This document shows positions 22,303-27,651 of a DNA stretch of 27,651 bases, one piece after another. How positions within the stretch are numbered: the first letter of the stretch is position 1; the number at the start of each line of letters is the position of its first letter. The notes under the pieces were generated by a model. It saw only the letters and a list, made by a program, of their open reading frames with translations, was not told where the DNA came from and did no database searches. Origin of the DNA: Octopus sinensis (Eukaryota); contig NW_021833314.1 of assembly GCF_006345805.1 (NCBI RefSeq), forward strand, positions 1 through 27,651, read 5' to 3'. The position numbers and the translations under genes were made by a program.

Positions 22303-22500
22303 GAGAGGGATGACCTCTATGTGGACAACCCTTATGCTAGAAATAGAATCTACTTCTAGCATAAGGGTTGTCCACATAGTGGTCATCCCTCTCATATGTA
22401 TGTAATACAATTTACTGAACCACCAGATTTTAGTATGCTAGACCTCTGGTGTTAAATTGATGTTAATTAAATTAATATCCCAATTTTCACCGACATTTTA
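22303..22500. mobile_element. Collapsed copy of the foldback family: 44-bp palindromic arms with a 3-nt loop, plus terminal module
   Basis: 22303-22346 and 22350-22393 are reverse complements with 2 mismatches; followed by the module shared with the 6250 and 24330 copies. Confidence 0.8.
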
Positions 22501-22878
22501 AATCTATATATGTGTGTGTGTGTGTGTATGTATATAGAGTTAAGATATAAACTCAAATTATGCAATCGTACTCATACGGTTATGAATTCGATTTAATATG
22601 AGTACACATATATTAATACATATCGACACATGACTCTTTTCCCTAAATATTTATGAAATATAAATATAGGTTATGAGAGGTAATGGGGACAATAAGACCC
22701 AAAGGTATCAGGTAATGCTGAGTAAGTGCTATGAGTAGACCATAGTTAAGCTCCAGGTTCGGTGATTATGCGAATAAGGAGACCAACGAAGGTCATATAT
22801 CAGCGTGTGTATATACGAATTTTTTCAGAATGAGATAAAAACCAAGGCTGTGAAGAGTTTAGAACATTTATAAATAGG

Positions 22879-22924
22879 TCTTACAGCTGTTTCCAGGATA
22901 TTTAATATATCCCTTCATCAGAGA
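22879..22924 (-). ncRNA. Type I hammerhead-like motif
   Basis: TCT-CTGATGA-AGGGATAT-ATTAA-ATATCCTG-GAAAC-AGCT-GTA-AGA: stem I 3 bp, stem II about 7 bp with a non-canonical closing pair, palindromic stem III. Confidence 0.55.
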
Positions 22925-23254
22925 TGGTGTTAGAAGATGGTTAAGCAATAGTTTATTTAGATGAGATATGAAATAGAGAGTGTAGTGAAAATAGATGTGA
23001 GATATGCATGTATGTTGCATTTGTAGATCAACTATTTAGGTAGAATGGTATACATATAAGATTCCAGGACTTTTTGGGTAAAACCAATAGTATCTAAAAT
23101 TGGTAATTCCAAGTATAGAGTTTGAACAGTGTTCTACGGCCGTTTCATGTCCTGGTAGAAAAGTTAATAAAGAATTTTACAAAGCATTCTCACACTGACC
23201 CCTTCATCGGGTCATGAAATCACATTGTTGAAACAATAATAATATTTTATATAT

Positions 23255-23448
<194 letters not shown>

Positions 23449-23450
<2 letters not shown>

Positions 23451-23930
23451 TCGTTAATCAAATATATTCAATGAGAATTCAATATATTGAATTTTTGATA
23501 AGTGCTCTTGGTAGGTAATTGTATAAAACATTCAACTATTTGACATTTAATATATTATATTATAAAATAAGTGCAGGAAAATTACATCAAAAATTCGCCA
23601 CAGAAGATATAAGTCCAGAATAATATATTAATAGATAGATGTATAGCTATATAAAGTATGATTATTTAAAAAGTTTTAAAATTTTAAATTTCTTACGATC
23701 GTTTCGTGAACGTAATACACTTAGAAATGGAATCTAAATTTGATAATCATTATTAGGTAATACATCTAATCGTCAGAGATAAAGATGGTCAATTTTCCTG
23801 TAGCCAATCGAATGCTATTTAAAAGTTTATGAAAAAGTTGTTGTACAAGATTGTACAAACGCATATTTACGACTGAAACTTTTAAAGAATATAGACACAC
23901 CAAGTATTTTAAATACATCAAATACAATGC
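23449..23930. mobile_element. Second, non-inverted copy of the 14490 Penelope-like fragment
   Basis: Collinear homology from tatatcgttaatcaaatat onward, including the hammerhead-like motif at 23691-23779 (-): TCT-CTGACGA...CAC-GAAAC-GATC-GTA-AGA. Confidence 0.7.
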
Positions 23931-23933
23931 ATG

Positions 23934-24018
<85 letters not shown>

Positions 24019-24025
<7 letters not shown>

Positions 24026-24420
24026 AATATAAGAGAGAATCCACTATGTACACGCTCTTGCGCTACAAATAGATCCGCAATGGTCTCAACCACCACGAAT
24101 AGTTCTCAAGGAAAATTAGCACAACTATAAACGTAAGCGAGCAGGACAAATGAAAAATAGCAAAAATGTAGATTAACCCTTGACAATTGTTTCACTGTTA
24201 ATAGATTATGCAATTTTACTTACACAATAAATCCACAGCTCATCAGTAGGATTCGTCATGAATATAATTTGCTGAACTGCACGCCAGAGCGTCCATATAG
24301 TCGATTCTCTCTTATATTTGTGTATTAATATTTGCTGAATCCCAGTTTTTATGCGCTAAACCACTTGGTGTTAAATTGATGTTATTAAATTAATATCCAA
24401 TTTTTTCACCCTTATTTTTG
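24019..24420. mobile_element. Foldback-family copy containing a complete hammerhead motif
   Basis: Inverted ends at 24019-24062 and 24282-24325 (33/37 identity in the outer part); terminal module 24330-24420. Confidence 0.75.
24175..24253 (-). ncRNA. Type I hammerhead ribozyme motif with a GUC triplet
   Basis: AATCCTA-CTGATGA-GCTGT...ACAGT-GAAAC-AATT-GTC-AAGGGTT: intact core, stem II 5 bp (G-U closing), palindromic stem III, stem I 6 bp after one A-A mismatch. Confidence 0.65.
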
Positions 24421-24511
24421 ATATATATATATATATATATAATACATACATACATACATACATACATACATACATACATACATACATACATACACACATA
24501 CACACACACAC

Positions 24512-24565
<54 letters not shown>

Positions 24566-25041
24566 TGTATGTATGTATGTATATGCATGCATGCAAAATG
24601 AGAGAAATCAACAGGTGGAAACATTGAGATGATGAAATTTTAAGTACAAATATATTATTATTTATATTAATAGTTTCAACTTACACAGAATACAAACGAT
24701 AGAGAAAATCAAAGGGCTGGAAGAAAGGTGTTATAAGAACGATTCATAATAACGTTTGTACATTTATTTCACCACAATATGAGTCCATATGGATGCAAAT
24801 AACGTTGGACGAGACGGTCCACCGTCATCAGGGTAGAGATCTTACATTTTGGATCTTGATACAGTGTAGTTTTTCAAAGATTCCATTTGTCTGTCTGTAT
24901 GTATGTATATGTAATGTATGTATGTATGTATGCATGTATGTATGTATATATGTAGAGAGTTCGCGAAAAAACAAAAGACGAACACAGGTGGTGTATAAAA
25001 CAAACCGAGGTATTACTACAACGCTCAGGAATTGAAAATAT

Positions 25042-25077
25042 CTTTTACGTTTCGAGCCTACGCTCTTCTACAGAAAG
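25042..25077 (-). ncRNA. Minimal hammerhead-like motif with a variant core, within a dispersed repeat fragment (about 24955-25145)
   Basis: CTTT-CTGTAGAA-GAGC-GTAG-GCTC-GAA-ACGT-A-AAAG: stems I and II perfect (4 bp each), stem III is the ACGT palindrome, core deviates from CUGANGA. Confidence 0.45.
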
Positions 25078-25658
25078 GGATACCGGAAAAAACAAGGAGA
25101 GAAAAAATGTGTGTAGTGGCTACCGATCTATCATGGCGACTCGTATTCATATATGTATGTATGCATATATGTATTTATATTCTACTAAATTCACTATCGA
25201 AATTACATAGGTGCGTAGTATAATAATTTCCACTGAGGAATATGGCGACTATCAGTCGCATCATGGAATGGCTATTACTCACGTCAGTCAAGCTGAATGA
25301 TTGACTTATTATACAGCGTCACTTTTCTAAGTTCAACTCTAGCCGTAGGCGTTTTAGTGTTTTATCCTCTTCACTTACTTGCCATCCATTGTGGTCAGTT
25401 CAATTATCAGTACAATTAAAGTTAAAATTTAATGCCTAAGGCCTGGTTAAATGAAAACATGATTACTGGAAAGATTTACGCCTATAAACTGCCATTTAAC
25501 GGACGAATGAAAAGAGACAGTAATCCTAGGAGCAAAGCTTTTAGTTACATTCCTGTCTGTTCAAACAAACTTGTCAATGTATTGAATAAATGAACAAAAC
25601 AAGTGAAAGAAAATCGATTTGTAGATGTCCGACATGAGTTAATTCGAGAAACATTATA

Positions 25659-25689
<31 letters not shown>

Positions 25690-25711
25690 TAATAATAATA
25701 ATAATAATAAT
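25659..25711. repeat. (AAT)n microsatellite
   Basis: Directly visible with one interruption. Confidence 0.95.
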
Positions 25712-25831
25712 ATCGTTAAAACTTTTCTGTGTCTTTCGGAACCTACAAGAAGTAGGGATATTATAGATTTCTTTATCTTGAAATGATGTTTGGCTATCTA
25801 AACTTTTAATGAATATAGGGAGGTGTTGTGC

Positions 25832-26045
25832 GGAGGAGAGCTGGCAGAACCACTAGCACACCGGGCAAAATACCAAGCGGCATTTTGATTGTTTTCACGT
25901 TCTGAGTTCAAATTCGGTTGAGAATGTCTTTGTCATTCATCCTATCGAGGTCGATAAAATAAATACCAGTTGAACACAAGAGGTCAACGTAATCAGCTTA
26001 GCCCTAACCCTAACTTCTGTCCTTGAGCCAAACTTTAAAATTAAT
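25832..26045 (+). mobile_element. Diverged monomeric SINE family C; a further decayed relative follows at about 26062-26200
   Basis: ggaggagagctggcagaaccactagcacaccgggcaaaat...gttctgagttcaaattc...catcctatcgaggtcgataaaataaataccagtt aligns to the reverse complement of 15946-16119. Confidence 0.7.
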
Positions 26046-26365
26046 TTTGGTAGGTGTTTATAGACGGGCAACGGGCAGAGTCATTATAACGACTTGTAAA
26101 TAGGTTTGCAGTAAACATTCCAACTGTCAGCGATCTGCGTTCTAATCCCATCGAAGTCAACCATGTCTTTCATTCAATAAGGGTCGATAAATAAACTGTT
26201 AATCTTCTATCTTGGTAGATTCTTCTCTTCCTCTAATTCTGAATCTTTCTCTCCCTTTCGGAAGAAATTGGTAGTGGTCAGATCTGGAGAGTGAGGGACA
26301 CAACTAAAATGCCCAAGGCATGCCTTATCTCACGATGGTCCCAAGGCATGCCTTATCTCACGATG

Positions 26366-27125
26366 GCCAGATTTCACGGGAGGGCTGCAATCAGAAATCC
26401 ACTACTTTCATAAACAAACGATGCAAAGCGTTTAGTGTGGAGTAAAAGCCTACAGAATTGGTCCCTAGAGCAGTGGAAGAATGTTATTTTCTCGGACGAG
26501 TCATCCTATACCTTATTTCCGGCCAATGGCCGAGTATACGTGTGGAGGCAGCCACAAGAAGTATTTGACCCAGACTACCTTCTTCCAATTTTTCAACATG
26601 GAGGAGGATCTGTGATGATCTGGGGGTTGTATCTTGGAATTCGCCGGCACAATTGTTCCCCTTCATGGCAAAATTAATAGTCAAGACTATTCAAGCATTT
26701 TATCTGATGAACTTCATCCTATGTTTGTGGTACTGTTTCCACAGGGAAACGCAATCTTTCAGGGTGATAATGCACCAATTCACACAGCTAAAGTTGTTAC
26801 TGAATGGCACGAGGAACATTCTAGTAAAGTTGAACATCTTATCTGGCCACCACAGTCCCCAAATCTCAATATTATTGAACATTTATGGTGCATTTTAGAA
26901 AAACAAATAAGGAGGCGATATCCTCCACCATCATCACTACAAGAACTGGAGACTGTTTTACCTGAAGAATGGACAAAAATTCCTTTAGAAACAATTCAAG
27001 CTTTGTACGAGTCCATACCTCGTAGAATTCAAGCTGTAATTACTGCCAAAAGCAGTTCTAACACATATCAAAATATATTTGTTTGAAATTTTAGGGTGTT
27101 TCCATTATTTCAATGAACTCTTGTA
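26366..27125 (+). mobile_element. 5'-truncated Tc1-type DD36E (Incomer-like) transposase pseudogene with right TIR
   Basis: FHGRAAIRNPLL*..W..EQWKNVIFSDES..HGGGSVMIWG, frameshift near 26630, then IFQGDNAPIHTAK...WPPQSPNLNIIEHLW...SIPRRIQAV. There are 36 residues between the second D and the E. Decayed right TIR ggtgtttccattattt...ttg (27095-27123) followed by TA. Confidence 0.9.
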
Positions 27126-27162
27126 TAAACCTAAGTTCATTTTTAATATCAAATATATGTGT

Positions 27163-27521
27163 GGGCGCATTTGTGGCTGTGTGGTAAGAAATTCCCATAA
27201 CACGGTTCCGAGTTCAATTCCACTATAGCTTCAAGCTAGACGAAGCCTTGTGAGTGGACTTGATACATGTATGCATGTATATGTATTTATGTATGTATAT
27301 ATGCGTTAGTGCATATGTGTCTCTGCTTGTCTCTCAATACAGTTTCATAACCGGTGTTGGTGTGTGTGGGTCCCCGTTATCTAACGGTTCGACAAAAGAG
27401 ACCAATAAAATAAGTACCATGATTCAACAAAAATTTATTACTTGGGACGAACCATTCGACTAAAATTCTTAAAGGTATTACTCCAGCCTGACCGCGGTCT
27501 TTGGACTGAAACCAGTAACAG
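27163..27521 (+). mobile_element. Decayed SINE family B
   Basis: Collinear but diverged match to 5048-5530 (head, internal TATG tract, body, tail). Confidence 0.7.
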
Positions 27522-27651
27522 ATGTATGCGTATGTGTATTAACGAATGGATGTGCCTTAGAGCTTCTTGCGTCATATTACAGAATGAGTGTACACAGAGG
27601 AGGTAATTTACACGTTGAAAAATAAGCTAGTTGTTCCCGAATGATTTGGTA

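Noticed and set aside
24801-24831. CTGATGA...AACGTT on the minus strand
   Set aside because: The GAAA element is missing; at most a decayed hammerhead.
25618-25650. FVDVRHELIRE, resembling the copia RNase H HIDVRYHFIRE motif
   Set aside because: The upstream EAEY-like motif is about twice too far away and there is no other copia feature.
26002-26013. (CCCTAA)2 telomere-like repeat
   Set aside because: Only two units, inside a SINE tail; compatible with chance.

Overview
AT-rich, microsatellite-saturated eukaryotic DNA. No intact protein-coding gene, tRNA, rRNA or CRISPR array is supportable, and nearly all ORFs in the track are artefacts of (TA)n/(CA)n/(GATA)n repeats. The repeat content resembles an octopus (coleoid cephalopod) genome; this is an inference from pattern recognition, not a search. 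The window is a mobile-element graveyard: three tRNA-headed SINE families (called A, B, C here), a CR1/L2-type LINE 3' fragment, an internally deleted RTE LINE, two non-autonomous Helitrons, a mariner deletion derivative inserted into a heavily decayed hAT-like transposase, a DD36E (Incomer-type) Tc1 transposase remnant and several foldback elements. The main unexplained signal is a set of type I hammerhead-ribozyme-like motifs in four otherwise unrelated repeat families. The six clearest motifs have a perfectly palindromic stem III, in four different sequences (ACGATCGT, ACAGCTGT, ACAATTGT, ACGT); two weaker candidates add ACGGCCGT and ACCGGT. This is the hallmark of dimerising Penelope-like-element hammerheads. 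Also visible are two SINE/LINE shared 3' tails, an apparent tail-swapped SINE and a dimeric SINE bounded by a 19-bp target-site duplication.
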